A stretch of 64,000 nucleotides of DNA from Clostridia bacterium (GTDB lineage: Bacteria; Bacillota; Clostridia; Christensenellales; CAG-138). The notes beneath the pieces were generated by a model. The model made no database searches and had not been told where the DNA came from. It saw only the letters and a list, made by a program, of their open reading frames with translations. A program made the position numbers and the translations under genes. Location: the NCBI GenBank assembly GCA_030526425.1, contig JAUNCT010000002.1, positions 1 to 64,000 on the forward strand. The letters are read 5' to 3'. Below are positions 47,195 to 59,978 of this stretch, one piece after another (position 1 is the first letter of the stretch; the number at the start of each line of letters is the position of its first letter).

Positions 47195-48363
47195 TCAGCC
47201 CTCGTAGCGCAGCGCTTCGATGGCGTTCTTGCGCGCCGCCTTGTTCGCGGGGTAGAGACCGAAGATCAGACCGATGAACGTCGAGAACCCGACGGAGACC
47301 AGTACGACCCCGGCTTCCATTTTGAACACGATGTTGTCCGCAATGCTCGTTGCCACGGCGAGGATACCGCCCGAAAGCACGAGCCCGATGAAGCAGCCGC
47401 ACAGGCTCAGCAGCAGCGCCTCGATGAGGAACTGCGACATGATGCTGCGGTACCCGGCGCCGATGGCCTTGCGGATGCCGATCTCACGCGTGCGCTCCGT
47501 CACGGAAACGAGCATGATGTTCATGATGCCGATACCGCCGACCAACAGTGAGATCGCCGCGATGCTGCCGAGCAGCAGCGAGAGCGTGCCGTTGATCTCA
47601 TCCATTGCGGAAGCGATGCTCGACATGTTGATGATCGAGAACGCATCGTCGTCCTGCTGAAAGCGGTCGAGCAGCAGCGTATTCACCGCCTTTTCCGCCG
47701 CATCCGTGCTGCCCGTTGCCGAAAAGCACAGTTGGGTGATGTAGGGGTGCTTCGCCATGCGCAGCTCCACCGTCGCGGGGATGAAGATCGCGTAACCGCT
47801 CATCATGCTCTGCAGCATGTTGTCCGTTTTTTCGAGCAGACCGACGACCTCGAAGCCGCGGCCGTCGATGGTCACGGTCTTGCCGATGGGGTCCGCCTCG
47901 TCGAACAGCTGCTCCGCCGCATCGTGCGAGAGCACCGCCGCATAGGTGCGGTTCGCCACATCCGCGGTTTTCAGGTAGCGCCCGTCCTCGAGCGTTTGCC
48001 CCTGAATGTTGTAATACGCGGGCGTCACGCCGTAGACCGTCGCGGTGATCTCGGAGGAGCCAACCTTTGCGGGCACGGAGACCGAACCCGCCGGCGAGAC
48101 CTCGCGGATCTCCTCCGGCGCCATCAGGGAGACCAGGTCCTCGGTGCGGATGGGTCTGCCCTTGTCGTCCTTCACGACGACGTTGATCAGGTCACTGCCG
48201 AGCGCCGTCACCTGGTCGGTGATCGACCCCGTCGCGCCGTTCACGAGCGAAACGAGCACCACCAGCGCCATCACGCCGATGATGATACCGAGCATCGTCA
48301 GAAAGGAGCGCAGCTTGTTCGAGCGGACGGACTCGAACGCCATCTTGATGGATTGTCCGAGCA

Positions 48364-48367
<4 letters not shown>
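47195..48367 (-). CDS. ABC transporter permease, FtsX/MacB-like
   Basis: N-terminal TM, large periplasmic domain and a C-terminal FtsX-type 3-TM bundle. 390 aa. Confidence 0.85.
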
Positions 48368-49094
<727 letters not shown>

Positions 49095-49098
<4 letters not shown>

Positions 49099-50606
49099 TT
49101 GCGTCCACCACCCATCATGGCGGTGCTGCGCTGCATCATCGCGTTCATCATCATCGCGCGGTTGCTCGCCTTGTATTCGATGCGGTCGCCTTCGTTCAGA
49201 CCCGAAAGCACCTCCGCGAAGTTCGCGTTCGCAAGCCCCGTCACGATCGTTTGGCGGCTCGGGGTCCCGTCTGCCGCGACGACGCGCACATAACTGCCCT
49301 CCGCATCCTCACGGACGGCGCCGAGCGGCACGAGCACCGCATTCTCCGCTTTCTCCGCGAGGATCTCCGCGCTGCCGTTCATGCCGTCGATCAGGCGGTC
49401 GTCCGCTTCGAGCGCGAGCTCCGTTTCATACACGGTGATGCTGCCCGAAAGCTTGCCGATGCGGGAGATGCGCTTGACCGTCGCCGGGAAGCGTTCCCCG
49501 CTGTAGGCGTCGAGCGTGACCTCGGCGCTCTGTCCCGGATAGACCTTGGCGATGTCGAGTTCATCGACCTCGACGACGAGCTTCGTCGCGCCTCCGGTCG
49601 CGAGAACGAAGGCCTTGGCTTCGGTACCGTTCGCTTCCGAAGCGGCGGTCTTCTTGCCCTCTTGGAGCGTAGCTTCCGAAACGACGCCGTCGCACGGGGC
49701 GACCACGTTCGGGCACCGCAGGTACGCGAGGATCTCCGTCAGGGTCTTCGCCTTCTCCCCGCGGTCCGCCAGACGGACGCGGTAGGTGTCGGTCGCGGGC
49801 GTGTTTTCGAGGTTGAACAGCGCCGCGCTCGCCATGACGAAATCGTTCACCTTGTAAACGACCTTTTCGATGATGCCGCCGTTGCCGTAGACCTCCACGG
49901 GCGCATGCAGCATCAGCACGCCGCTGCCGAGGACCGCACCGTCGAGCAGGACCTCCGCCTCGCCGAGGTACGGCGCCTTCTTGTCGGGCAGGGTGACGAG
50001 GCAGCCCTTTTCCGTGATGGCGGCGACCTTGCCGGTCTCCTTGCCGCCCTCGAAGCGCACCGTCACTTCGGTGCCGGGCTTCGGCGGCTCTGCAAGCGTG
50101 AGCTCGACCTGCATCAGGTCGTCGGTATTGATCAGGCACAGATAGCCGTGGGCGTTGATGGCGTCGATGACGTCCTCGCCCTCCTGTGCCGGAATGTATT
50201 TGATGCGTCCGCGCACGGGCGCCTTCACGGTCGTCACGTTGTTTCCGCGGAACGCGATCTGCATGTCGAGCTGCGCGAGTTCACCCGAAAGCTCCGCCGC
50301 GCGGCGTTCGAGCGAAGCGGTATCGAGCACCGCAAGCACATCGCCCGCTTTCACGGCGTCGCCCGTTTCGGCGAGCACCGCGTCCACTTCGATGCCCGCG
50401 GGGATGCGGAGCTCTTCCTCATCCTCCGCCTTGAGGCGACCGCTGCCGGTGATCGTCACCGCAAGGTCTCCGCGGCCGATGGTGTAGGTGTTCTGTTCCG
50501 CGACGACCTCCGCCGCCGGTTTCTTTTCGGCGCATCCCGTGAACAGACCCGCCGTCAGGACGGCTGCCAGCGCCATCCCCAATATTCTCTTGTGCTTCAA
50601 ATCCAT
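49095..50606 (-). CDS. Efflux periplasmic adaptor (HlyD/MacA family) lipoprotein
   Basis: Lipobox LFTGC, then coiled-coil/biotinyl-like and beta-barrel regions. 503 aa. Confidence 0.8.
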
Positions 50607-50793
50607 ACCTCCGGACTGTTTGTTTTTAAACTTACTTCAGTATATAGATGCGCACACTTTTCCGCAAGGGGTGCTGTGTGGCGATATTGTGAACAATCGT
50701 GCCGGTTCCGGGGCTTGTGCGCGCCGCTCCGCTCTTGCCCGCCGGCGCGTTTTCCGCTATGATATACGCGAACAAACCCACGGGAGGAACGCC

Positions 50794-51222
50794 ATGCAGC
50801 TCAATGAGGATGCCATCCGCGCGATCGTGACGGAAGTCGTCAAAACGATCGTGAACAACGAACCCGTCCGCGAGGTCGACCCGAGCGGCGTCATCACCAT
50901 CCGCACGGATACCGTCCGCTGCGAACCCTTCATGCAGGAGGGCGTGCGCCTCAAGGACGTCGTCTCCCTCGAGGAAGCGCCGCGCATGGGCGCGGGCATC
51001 ATGGAGCTCGACCACACGAGCTTCCCCTGGACACTCACCTACGACGAATACGACCTCGTGCTCGACGGCGTCCTCGAGATCGAGATCGGCGGGCGCGTGC
51101 ACACGGGACATCCCGGCGATATCATCTATATCCCCAAGGGCTCGAGCATCCGCTTCCAAACGCCCTCGACGGCGCGCTACGCATACTTCGTCACCCCCGC
51201 GAACTGGCAGGAAAACGCATGA
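50794..51222 (+). CDS. eutQ: Cupin-domain ethanolamine utilisation protein EutQ-like
   Basis: C-terminal cupin (GDIIYIPKGSSIRFQTP...). GGGAGG RBS. Stop overlaps the eutV start (ATGA). Confidence 0.7.
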   Translation: MQLNEDAIRAIVTEVVKTIVNNEPVREVDPSGVITIRTDTVRCEPFMQEGVRLKDVVSLEEAPRMGAGIMELDHTSFPWTLTYDEYDLVLDGVLEIEIGGRVHTGHPGDIIYIPKGSSIRFQTPSTARYAYFVTPANWQENA

Positions 51223-51809
51223 CGGAACAACAACGAACGCCGGCGCGCATCGCGATCGTCGACGATGAACCCATCACGAGGATGGACCTCCGCTGTATGC
51301 TCGAAGACCTGGGCTATACCGTCACCGGCGAAGCGGGCGACGGCTTCGACGCCGTGCAGCTGTGCAAGCAGGACCCGCCCGACCTTGTGCTGATGGATGT
51401 GAAGATGCCCGTGTTCGACGGGCTGACCGCCGCGGAGCGCATCCTGTCGGAACGGCTCGCGGGCTGCGTCGTGCTGCTCACCGCCTTCAACGACACCGAG
51501 ATCATCGAAGCCGCAAAGCGCATCGGCGTCACGGGGTACCTCGTCAAGCCGGTCGAACAGCGCCTGCTGCGCCCCACCGTGGAAATGGCGCTCGCGCAGG
51601 CGGAGCGGCTCCGCAGCAGTGAACGCGAAACGGAGACCGTGAAAAAGCAGCTGTCCGACGCGAAAACCATCGCCCGCGCGCAGGCTGTGCTCGCCAAGCG
51701 CGAGGGCATCACCGAAACCGAAGCCTATACGCTGCTCCGCAAGCTTTCCATGGACAAGCGCCTGCCGATGGCGGCGCTCGCCGAAGCGGTCCTCCGCACG
51801 GAAAAGTAA
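51219..51809 (+). CDS. eutV: ANTAR-domain response regulator
   Basis: REC domain (IVDDEP...LVLMDVKMP) plus a C-terminal ANTAR (...AKTIARAQAVLAKREGITETEAYTLLRKLSMDKRLPM). Confidence 0.85.
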   Translation: MTEQQRTPARIAIVDDEPITRMDLRCMLEDLGYTVTGEAGDGFDAVQLCKQDPPDLVLMDVKMPVFDGLTAAERILSERLAGCVVLLTAFNDTEIIEAAKRIGVTGYLVKPVEQRLLRPTVEMALAQAERLRSSERETETVKKQLSDAKTIARAQAVLAKREGITETEAYTLLRKLSMDKRLPMAALAEAVLRTEK

Positions 51810-51861
51810 GTATCCCTCCCGCCCCGGTCCGCGTTGCCGGTCCTTTGAACGACGCGACAGT

Positions 51862-52953
51862 ATGGAAAACCTCTCCGACGAACTGCTCTTTCGGCACACC
51901 GGCATCTCCCCCGAAGACCTTGCGACCCTCCGCGCGGTCGAACGGCAGCTGCCGCTCATCGCCGCGCTCGAAAACGCGGATATCTTTCTCGACATCCCCG
52001 TCGAAGAGGACACCGCGCTCGTCGCCGCGCACGAACGCCCCTCCGAACGGATGAGCATGTACGAAAAGCGCATCGTCGGCGAATACGCCTACCGCGAGAA
52101 CGAGCCCGCGGTCTTCCATGCGGCGCACATGGGCGTGCCCGTCTGCGATATCAAGGCGCTCACGCAGGAACGGCGCACCGTGCGCCAGAACGCCGCGCCC
52201 GTGTTCAACGATGCGGGGCGCGTCATCGCGGTGCTCATCCGCGAAAAGGACATCTCGGGCGACCTTGCGAAGGAACGCAAGTACGAAGAGCTCGCCAAGG
52301 CGGCGGGCGAGAACGTGCCCATGTACGGCGGAGTCCGCGAGCAGGAGGATGCCGGCAGCACCGCCCTGCGGGAAATGCACCACCGCATCAAAAACAGCCT
52401 GCAGCTCATCGCCAGCATGCTCAACCTCGCCGCGCGCACCAAGGACGACCCGGAGACCCGCGCCGTGCTGAAGGAAAGCGTCGCGCGGGTGTTGTCAATC
52501 GCCTCCATCCATGATATATTATGCAATGGAAAGGGAGCCTTGACGAACGTCTCCGCCACCGCCCTGTTCGAGCAGCTGCGCCGCAACCTCGCCGCGCTGA
52601 CGCCCCCGGGGAAGCACATCGTCCTCACGGTCTCCGCCGAGGACGCCGCCCTGGACGCGGACACCGCAACGGCGGTCGCCGTCGTCGTGACGGAGCTTGT
52701 GACGAACGCCCTGCTGCACGCCTTCGAAGGGCGCGACGGCGGTACCGTTTCCGTCGGATTCACCAAGGGGCTCCTGTACCACACCGTGCGCGTCACCGAC
52801 GACGGCACGGGCTTCGAGCCGGAAACCGCAGGGCAAGAGCGCCTCGGTCTCAACATCGTCCGTTCCACCATCCACGACAAGCTGAAGGGGCGGATGCACA
52901 TCGTTTCCGGTCCCAACGGAACCAAAGTATCCTTCGATTTCAAAACCGAATAA
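51862..52953 (+). CDS. eutW: Sensor histidine kinase of the ethanolamine two-component system
   Basis: HisKA_2-type H-box (HHRIKNSLQLIASML) plus a HATPase_c domain. Confidence 0.85.
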   Translation: MENLSDELLFRHTGISPEDLATLRAVERQLPLIAALENADIFLDIPVEEDTALVAAHERPSERMSMYEKRIVGEYAYRENEPAVFHAAHMGVPVCDIKALTQERRTVRQNAAPVFNDAGRVIAVLIREKDISGDLAKERKYEELAKAAGENVPMYGGVREQEDAGSTALREMHHRIKNSLQLIASMLNLAARTKDDPETRAVLKESVARVLSIASIHDILCNGKGALTNVSATALFEQLRRNLAALTPPGKHIVLTVSAEDAALDADTATAVAVVVTELVTNALLHAFEGRDGGTVSVGFTKGLLYHTVRVTDDGTGFEPETAGQERLGLNIVRSTIHDKLKGRMHIVSGPNGTKVSFDFKTE

Positions 52954-53070
52954 TCCGAATCCCGCGTACAACAGCGTGCGCGGTTCCGCCGACAAAGCCG
53001 GGGCGATTCCGAGATCGTCTTGGTTTTTTGTATTCAAAAACGGCTTTTTTCACCGAAAGGGGGTGCCGGT

Positions 53071-54498
53071 ATGGCGGAGATCCTCAGTGTCGGGATCGAT
53101 ATCGGCACATCCACGACCCAGGTCATCTTCTCGAAGATCTCGGTCGACAACACCGCAAGCTACTTCTCCGCGCCGCGCATCGCGATCGTCGGCAAGGAGA
53201 TCCTGTACAAGAGCGCCGTGCATTTCACGCCGCTCAAGTCCCTCACCGCACTCGACGGCGACGGCGTCCGCGCCATCGTCGCGGAGGAGTTCCGCAACGC
53301 CGGCTGCCGCCCGGAGGATGTGGACACCGGCGCGGTCATCATCACGGGGGAATCCGCCCGCAAGGAAAACGCCGCGCTCGTGACCGAAAAGCTTTCGGCC
53401 TTCGCGGGGGAATTCGTCGTCTCCACCGCGGGACCGGACCTCGAGTCCGTCGTCGCGGGCAAGGGCAGCGGCGCCTTCGCCTACAGCAGCGAAAACGAGT
53501 GCTCCGTCGTCAACCTCGACATCGGCGGCGGCACGACGAACATCTGCCTCTTCGACAACGGCGAAACGCGCGGCAAGTGCTGCTTCGACATCGGCGGCAG
53601 GCTCATCAAGCTCGGTGCCGACGGGCGCATCGCCTACATCGCCCCCGCCGCGAAGCGCGTGGCGGACAGCATCGGCGTTTCCCTTGCCGTGGGCGACCCC
53701 GCGGAGGAGCGCACGCTCTCCCGCATCACCGACAAAATGGCGGAGCTTCTGGCCGCAGCCGTGGACCGCGCCACCCCGGAGCCCCTGCTCGAACGGGTGC
53801 GCACCGAAAAGAGCACACGCATGCCGAAGGTCCCCCAAAGCGCGAAGCTGTGCTTCTCGGGCGGCGTTGCGGAATGCTTCTACCGTCCGGAACCGGCGGA
53901 TCCCTTCCGCTACGGCGACATCGGCGTCCTGCTCGCAAGGTCGCTCAAAAAACACCCCGCGTTCTCGGGCAGCGACGTCATCCCCGCGCAGGAGACCATC
54001 CGCGCGACGGTCGTCGGCGCCGGCACCTACACGACTTCGCTTTCCGGCAGCACCATCGATTACTCGCCCGGGGTCTTCCCCGTCAAAAACGTGCCCGCCC
54101 TCACCCTGACCGCCGAAGAGCAGGCGCAATGCCTTGCGGACGGCGGCGCCGCATTGGCGGGAACGGTGCGCTGGTTCCGCGAGCAGAGCGATTCGGAGCT
54201 CCTCATCCTCGCCCTGCCCGGTCTCAAAGACCCGACCTACGGTGAGATCCGCGCGCTCGCGCACGCCGTTGCCGCCGCGACGGAGCACACCCTGCCGAAG
54301 GACGTCCCCGTCCTCGCCGTGGTGGAGGAGGACATCGCAAAGGCGCTGGGCATCGCCCTGAAGCCCTTACTGAACGGACGCCGCTACGCCGTGATCGACA
54401 GCGTGAAGGTCGAGGCGGGCGACTATGTGGATATCGGGAGACCGCTCATGGACGGGCTGGTCGTCCCCGTGATCGTCAAAACTTTGCTGTTCGGCTGA
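53071..54498 (+). CDS. eutA: Ethanolamine ammonia-lyase reactivating factor
   Basis: MAEILSVGIDIGTSTTQVIFS actin-like ATPase start typical of EutA. 475 aa. Confidence 0.9.
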   Translation: MAEILSVGIDIGTSTTQVIFSKISVDNTASYFSAPRIAIVGKEILYKSAVHFTPLKSLTALDGDGVRAIVAEEFRNAGCRPEDVDTGAVIITGESARKENAALVTEKLSAFAGEFVVSTAGPDLESVVAGKGSGAFAYSSENECSVVNLDIGGGTTNICLFDNGETRGKCCFDIGGRLIKLGADGRIAYIAPAAKRVADSIGVSLAVGDPAEERTLSRITDKMAELLAAAVDRATPEPLLERVRTEKSTRMPKVPQSAKLCFSGGVAECFYRPEPADPFRYGDIGVLLARSLKKHPAFSGSDVIPAQETIRATVVGAGTYTTSLSGSTIDYSPGVFPVKNVPALTLTAEEQAQCLADGGAALAGTVRWFREQSDSELLILALPGLKDPTYGEIRALAHAVAAATEHTLPKDVPVLAVVEEDIAKALGIALKPLLNGRRYAVIDSVKVEAGDYVDIGRPLMDGLVVPVIVKTLLFG

Positions 54499-54522
54499 GC
54501 CGATCGGCACCGGAGGAACGAG

Positions 54523-55893
54523 ATGAAACTTTCAACGACATTGGGCGGCAAGACCTTTCACTTCCGCTCCGTAAAAGAAGTCCTCGCCAAAGCGAACGAA
54601 GAAAAGTCCGGCGACATCCTCGCGGGCGTCGCGGCGGAGTCCGCGCTCGAGCGCGTCGCCGCCAAGGAGGTCCTCGCGAACCTTTTGGTCTCCGACCTGC
54701 GCGAGAACCCCGTCGTCCCCTATGAAGACGACGAAGTCACCCGCATGAATCAGGATTCGCTGGATATGACCGTCTACAACGAGATCAAGGGTTGGACGAT
54801 GGCGGAGCTCCGCGAATACATCCTCGGCTACGGCGCCACCGAAGAGGACATCAAGCGCCTCGGCAAGGGGCTCACCGCCGAAGTCGTCGCGGGCGTCTGC
54901 AAGCTGATGTCGAACCTCGACCTCATCTACGCGGCGAACAAGGTCCGCATCACGGCGACCTGCAACACCACCGTCGGCAAGCGCGGCACGCTGTCCACGC
55001 GTCTGCAGCCGAACCACCCCACCGACAACGTCGAGGGCATCACCGCCTCGCTGTTCGAAGGGCTCAGCTACGGTTGCGGCGATGTGCTCATCGGTCTCAA
55101 CCCCGTGAACGACACCGTCGCGAGCCTCGCGGAGGTGCTCAAGCGCTTCGACGAGATCAAGAACCGCTTCGAGATCCCCACGCAGATCTGCGTGCTCGGT
55201 CACATCACGACGCAGATCGAAGCGGTCCGCCGCGGCGCCCCCTGCGACATGATCTTCCAGTCCATCGCCGGCAGTCAAAAGGGCAACACCGCCTTCGGCT
55301 TCTCGGCGGATACCGTCCGCGAGGCGTGGCAGCTGCTGAAGGAACGCGGCACCGCCAAGGGTCCGAACGTCCTGTACTTCGAAACGGGTCAGGGCAGCGA
55401 GCTTTCGAGCGACGCGCACTACGGTGCCGACCAGGTCACCATGGAATCGCGCTGCTACGCCTTCGCCCGCGAATTCGACCCCTTCATGGTCAACACGGTC
55501 GTCGGCTTCATCGGTCCCGAATACCTGTACGATTCGAAGCAGGTCATCCGCGCGGGTCTCGAGGACCATTTCATGGGCAAGCTTTCCGGCATCCCGATGG
55601 GCTGCGACTGCTGCTACACCAACCACATGATGGCCGACCAGAACGACATCGAAAACCTCACCGTCCTGCTCGCCGCCGCCGGCGTGAACTACGTCATCGG
55701 CGTACCGACGAGCGACGACGTCATGCTCAACTACCAGACCAACGCCTATCACGACGCGAACACCGTCCGCGAGATCCTCGGTCTGCGGCCGATCGCCGAA
55801 TTCGAGCGGTGGCTCGAACGGATGGGCATCATGGAAAACGGGCGCCTGACCAAGCGCGCCGGCGACCCGACCGTCTTCACCAAGAGGAGGTAA
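54523..55893 (+). CDS. eutB: Ethanolamine ammonia-lyase large subunit
   Basis: Full-length colinear similarity to EutB (MKL.TTL.G..Y.F.SVKEVLAKANE.RSGD.LAGVAA...). 456 aa. Confidence 0.95.
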   Translation: MKLSTTLGGKTFHFRSVKEVLAKANEEKSGDILAGVAAESALERVAAKEVLANLLVSDLRENPVVPYEDDEVTRMNQDSLDMTVYNEIKGWTMAELREYILGYGATEEDIKRLGKGLTAEVVAGVCKLMSNLDLIYAANKVRITATCNTTVGKRGTLSTRLQPNHPTDNVEGITASLFEGLSYGCGDVLIGLNPVNDTVASLAEVLKRFDEIKNRFEIPTQICVLGHITTQIEAVRRGAPCDMIFQSIAGSQKGNTAFGFSADTVREAWQLLKERGTAKGPNVLYFETGQGSELSSDAHYGADQVTMESRCYAFAREFDPFMVNTVVGFIGPEYLYDSKQVIRAGLEDHFMGKLSGIPMGCDCCYTNHMMADQNDIENLTVLLAAAGVNYVIGVPTSDDVMLNYQTNAYHDANTVREILGLRPIAEFERWLERMGIMENGRLTKRAGDPTVFTKRR

Positions 55894-55897
55894 GCCC

Positions 55898-56770
55898 GTG
55901 ATCGACGAAAAACTCGTACAGCTGATCACCGAAGAGGTGATCCGTCAGCTCGCGGCGACCGGCAGGGTCCGGTTGCCCGGCAAGGAAGGCTCCTTCGTTC
56001 CGCAGCTCGTTGAGGACGAAGACCTCGCCTCCCCCGCCGCGAAAGCGAAGACGCTCGTCGAAGACCCCGAGGATCCGGAAGCCCTCGCCCGCATGAAAAA
56101 GCGCACCACCGCGCGCATCGGCGTCGGCAATTGCGGTCCGCGGCTCAACACCCGCACGCTCCTGACGCTCCGCGCGGATCACGCCGCCGCACGCGACGCC
56201 GTGTTCAAGGATGTCGACCCCGCGCTCATCGAGCGGCTCGGTCTGGTGTCCGTCGAAACGCAGTGCGACTGCAAGAACACCTATGTGACGCGCCCCGATC
56301 TCGGCAGAAAGCTTTCGGAGGAGGCGGTCGAAACGCTCCGCGCCCGCTGCACCGCGGCGCCGGATGTGCAGATCTTCGCGGCGGACGGACTGAGCTCCAC
56401 CGCCATCGAGTCGAACCTCGAGCGCATCCTGCCCGTGCTCACGGACGGGCTCAAAGCCAAGGGGCTCAAGGTCGGCACGCCCTTCTACCTCCGCTACGGC
56501 AGGGTCGCTTCCGAAGACCATGTCTCCGAGGTGCTCGGCGCGAAGGTCGTTTGCGTGCTCATCGGCGAGCGTCCCGGTCTCGCGACCGCGGAAAGCATGA
56601 GCGCCTACATCGTCTACAACGCCTACGTCGGCATGCCCGAGTCGAAGCGCACCGTCGTTTCGAACATCCACCGCAACGGTCTCACCGCCGTCGAAGCGGG
56701 CGCCTACATCGTCGAGGTCATCGGACAGATCCTCGAAAAGAAGGCGAGCGGCGTGGACCTCGTCAAATAA
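55898..56770 (+). CDS. eutC: Ethanolamine ammonia-lyase small subunit (GTG start)
   Basis: AGGAGG RBS 8 nt before the GTG. EutC-like sequence. 290 aa. Confidence 0.9.
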   Translation: MIDEKLVQLITEEVIRQLAATGRVRLPGKEGSFVPQLVEDEDLASPAAKAKTLVEDPEDPEALARMKKRTTARIGVGNCGPRLNTRTLLTLRADHAAARDAVFKDVDPALIERLGLVSVETQCDCKNTYVTRPDLGRKLSEEAVETLRARCTAAPDVQIFAADGLSSTAIESNLERILPVLTDGLKAKGLKVGTPFYLRYGRVASEDHVSEVLGAKVVCVLIGERPGLATAESMSAYIVYNAYVGMPESKRTVVSNIHRNGLTAVEAGAYIVEVIGQILEKKASGVDLVK

Positions 56771-56782
56771 CGGAGGTCCCGT

Positions 56783-57442
56783 ATGACAGGCGATAAAATG
56801 AAAACCACCGTTCTGAGCATCCGGATGCTCGCGAATGCTGACCCGATGCTTCTCGAACGGCTCGACCTTCCCCCGGGGCACCGCAGCCTCGGCTTCCTCA
56901 CGAGCGACTGCGACGATGTTTCCTACGCGGCGCTCGACGAAGCGACGAAAAAGGCGAACGTTTCCGTGGCCTACGCGCGCAGCATGTACGCCGGCGCGGC
57001 GAACGCTTCGACGAAGCTCGCGGGCGAATTCATCGGCGTGCTCTCCGGGGAAGACCCGGCGGAGGTGCGCAGCGGGCTCGAAGCCGCGGTGCGCTTTACC
57101 GAAAACGACGCGAGCTTCATCAGCGCGAACGAGGACGACTCCATCGTCTACTTCGCGCACTGCATCTCGAAGACCGGCTCGTACCTTTCCAAACAGGCGG
57201 GCGTTCCCGAAGGGACGGCGATGGCGTACCTCATCGCCCCGCCCGTCGAAGCGATGATCGGTCTCGACGCCGCGCTGAAGGCCGCGGATGTGGAACTCAA
57301 AGTATTTTACGGTCCGCCGAGCGAAACGAACTTCGCAGGCGGTCTGCTCACCGGGGACCGCCCCTCGTGCGAGGCGGCGTGCGACGCGTTTGCGGATGCC
57401 GTCCGCAAGGTCGCGGCGCGACCCGTTCTGTATGAATCATAA
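56783..57442 (+). CDS. eutL: BMC shell protein EutL (tandem BMC domains, pseudohexameric trimer type)
   Basis: Colinear with E. coli EutL (PPGHRSLGFLTSDCDDVSYAALDEATK...SRTGSYLS...AYLIAPPVEA). Confidence 0.85.
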   Translation: MTGDKMKTTVLSIRMLANADPMLLERLDLPPGHRSLGFLTSDCDDVSYAALDEATKKANVSVAYARSMYAGAANASTKLAGEFIGVLSGEDPAEVRSGLEAAVRFTENDASFISANEDDSIVYFAHCISKTGSYLSKQAGVPEGTAMAYLIAPPVEAMIGLDAALKAADVELKVFYGPPSETNFAGGLLTGDRPSCEAACDAFADAVRKVAARPVLYES

Positions 57443-57454
57443 GGAGGAACGGAT

Positions 57455-58957
57455 ATGGAATTCGACAAAGACCTGTACTCCATCCAGGAGGTGCGGGATC
57501 TCGTACGCAAGGCGAAGGCCGCGCAGGAGGAATACGCTTCCTTCCCGCAGGAAAAGGTCGACGCCATCGTCAAAGCCGTTGCGGAAGCCTGCGCGGCGCA
57601 GGCGGAACCGCTGGCGAAAATGGCGGTGGAGGAAACGGGCTTCGGCGTTTGGCAGGACAAGATCCTGAAGAACCTGCTCGGCAGCACCATGACCTACGAG
57701 TCCGTCAAAAACATGCGCACCGTCGGCATCCTCCGCGAGGACAAGGCGAACGGGCTCATGGAAGTCGGCGTGCCGATGGGCGTGGTCGCGGCGCTCATCC
57801 CCTCCACGAACCCGACGAGCACGGTGATGTACAAGTGCATCATCTCGCTCAAGGCGGGCAACGCCATCGTCATCAGCCCCCACCCGAACGCGAAGAACTG
57901 CATTTACGAAACGTATAAGATCGTGTGCCGCGCGGCAAAATCCGCCGGAGCGCCGGACGGGCTCGTGCAGTGCATCACCACCCCGACCATCGAGGCGACG
58001 AACGCGCTGCTGAAGCACCGCGACATCGGCATCATCCTCGCCACCGGCGGCGAAGCGATGGTCCGCGCGGCGTACAGCTCCGGCAACCCCGCCCTCGGCG
58101 TCGGTCCCGGCAACGGTCCCTCCTACATCGAAAAGAGCGCGGATATCCCCAACGCCATCCGCCGCATCTTCGACAGCAAGACCTTCGACAACGGCACGAT
58201 CTGCGCCAGCGAGCAAAGCATCGTCACCGAGCGCTGCATCAAAAACCGCGTGGTCGAAGAAGCCAAGCGGCAGGGCGGTTACTTCCTTTCCGCCGATGAG
58301 ACCGAAAAGGTCGGGCGCTTCATCATGCGGGCGAACGGCACCATGAACCCGAAGATCGTCGGCAAGTCCGCAAAGGTCATCGCCGAAATGGCGGGCATCA
58401 CCATCCCCGCGGGCACGCGCGTGCTCATTTCCAAGCAGACCACCGTTGGCAAGGACAACCCCTACTCACGCGAAAAGCTGTGCCCGATCCTCGCGTTCTA
58501 CACCGAGGAGAACTGGGAATCCGCCTGCAGACGCTGCATCGAGATCCTCAACAACGAGGGGCGCGGTCACACGATGACCATCCACTCCGAGGATCAAAGC
58601 GTCATCCGCGAGTTCGCGCTCAAAAAGCCGGTCTCCCGCCTGCTCGTCAACACGCCCGGCGCGCTCGGCGGTGTCGGCGCGACGACGGCGCTTGCCCCCG
58701 CGCTCACCCTCGGCTGCGGCGCAGTCGGCGGCAGCGCGACGAGCGACAACATCACCCCGCTGAACCTCATCAACATCCGCCGCGTCGCCTTCGGGCAAAA
58801 GGAACTCAAAGACCTGCGCGGCAATAACCCGGCGCCCGGCGCACAAAGCGGCTGCGCCTGCTCCGCCCCCTGCGGCGGGGAGACCGCGGCGAGCATGCTC
58901 AGCCGCGAAGACATCGAACGCATCACCAGAGCGGTCCTTTCCCGCCTGGCTCAGTAA
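57455..58957 (+). CDS. eutE: Acetaldehyde dehydrogenase (acetylating)
   Basis: ALDH fold with catalytic Cys (...DNGTICASEQS). 500 aa. Confidence 0.9.
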   Translation: MEFDKDLYSIQEVRDLVRKAKAAQEEYASFPQEKVDAIVKAVAEACAAQAEPLAKMAVEETGFGVWQDKILKNLLGSTMTYESVKNMRTVGILREDKANGLMEVGVPMGVVAALIPSTNPTSTVMYKCIISLKAGNAIVISPHPNAKNCIYETYKIVCRAAKSAGAPDGLVQCITTPTIEATNALLKHRDIGIILATGGEAMVRAAYSSGNPALGVGPGNGPSYIEKSADIPNAIRRIFDSKTFDNGTICASEQSIVTERCIKNRVVEEAKRQGGYFLSADETEKVGRFIMRANGTMNPKIVGKSAKVIAEMAGITIPAGTRVLISKQTTVGKDNPYSREKLCPILAFYTEENWESACRRCIEILNNEGRGHTMTIHSEDQSVIREFALKKPVSRLLVNTPGALGGVGATTALAPALTLGCGAVGGSATSDNITPLNLINIRRVAFGQKELKDLRGNNPAPGAQSGCACSAPCGGETAASMLSREDIERITRAVLSRLAQ

Positions 58958-58992
58958 CACCCACAATACATTGAATCAGGAGGAAAACAACA

Positions 58993-59286
58993 ATGGCATC
59001 TCTTCAGGCTCTCGGTATGGTTGAAACCAAAGGTCTCGTCGGCTCCGTGGAAGCGGCCGACGCCATGGTCAAAGCGGCGAACGTCCATCTCATCGGCAAG
59101 GTCCACGTCGGCGGCGGTCTCGTGACCGTCATGGTCCGTGGCGACGTCGGTGCCGTCAAAGCGGCGACCGATGCGGGCGCCGCAGCTGCCACCCGTGTGG
59201 GCGAGCTCGTTTCCGTCCACGTCATCCCGCGTCCGCATGAGGAAGTGGAGAGCATCCTCCCCACCCTCGACAACTGCGACCGCTGA
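58993..59286 (+). CDS. eutM: BMC-H shell protein EutM/PduA-type, copy 1
   Basis: Canonical BMC domain ([24 protein letters not shown]...). 97 aa. Confidence 0.9.
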   Translation: MASLQALGMVETKGLVGSVEAADAMVKAANVHLIGKVHVGGGLVTVMVRGDVGAVKAATDAGAAAATRVGELVSVHVIPRPHEEVESILPTLDNCDR

Positions 59287-59322
59287 ACACGAACCCCAAC
59301 AACATTTACGGAGGATAAAATT

Positions 59323-59616
<294 letters not shown>

Positions 59617-59652
59617 ACCCGGAACCCGACAACATTCACGGAGGATAACATT

Positions 59653-59946
<294 letters not shown>

Positions 59947-59978
59947 ACCGCGTGCGGCTTTGGAAGGAGACCGCGTAA

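Noticed and set aside
52954-53070. ANTAR dual-hairpin target before eutA
   Set aside because: Several small stems exist, but I could not identify two hexaloop hairpins with A1/G4 loop signatures by eye. It is left as a check, not a call.
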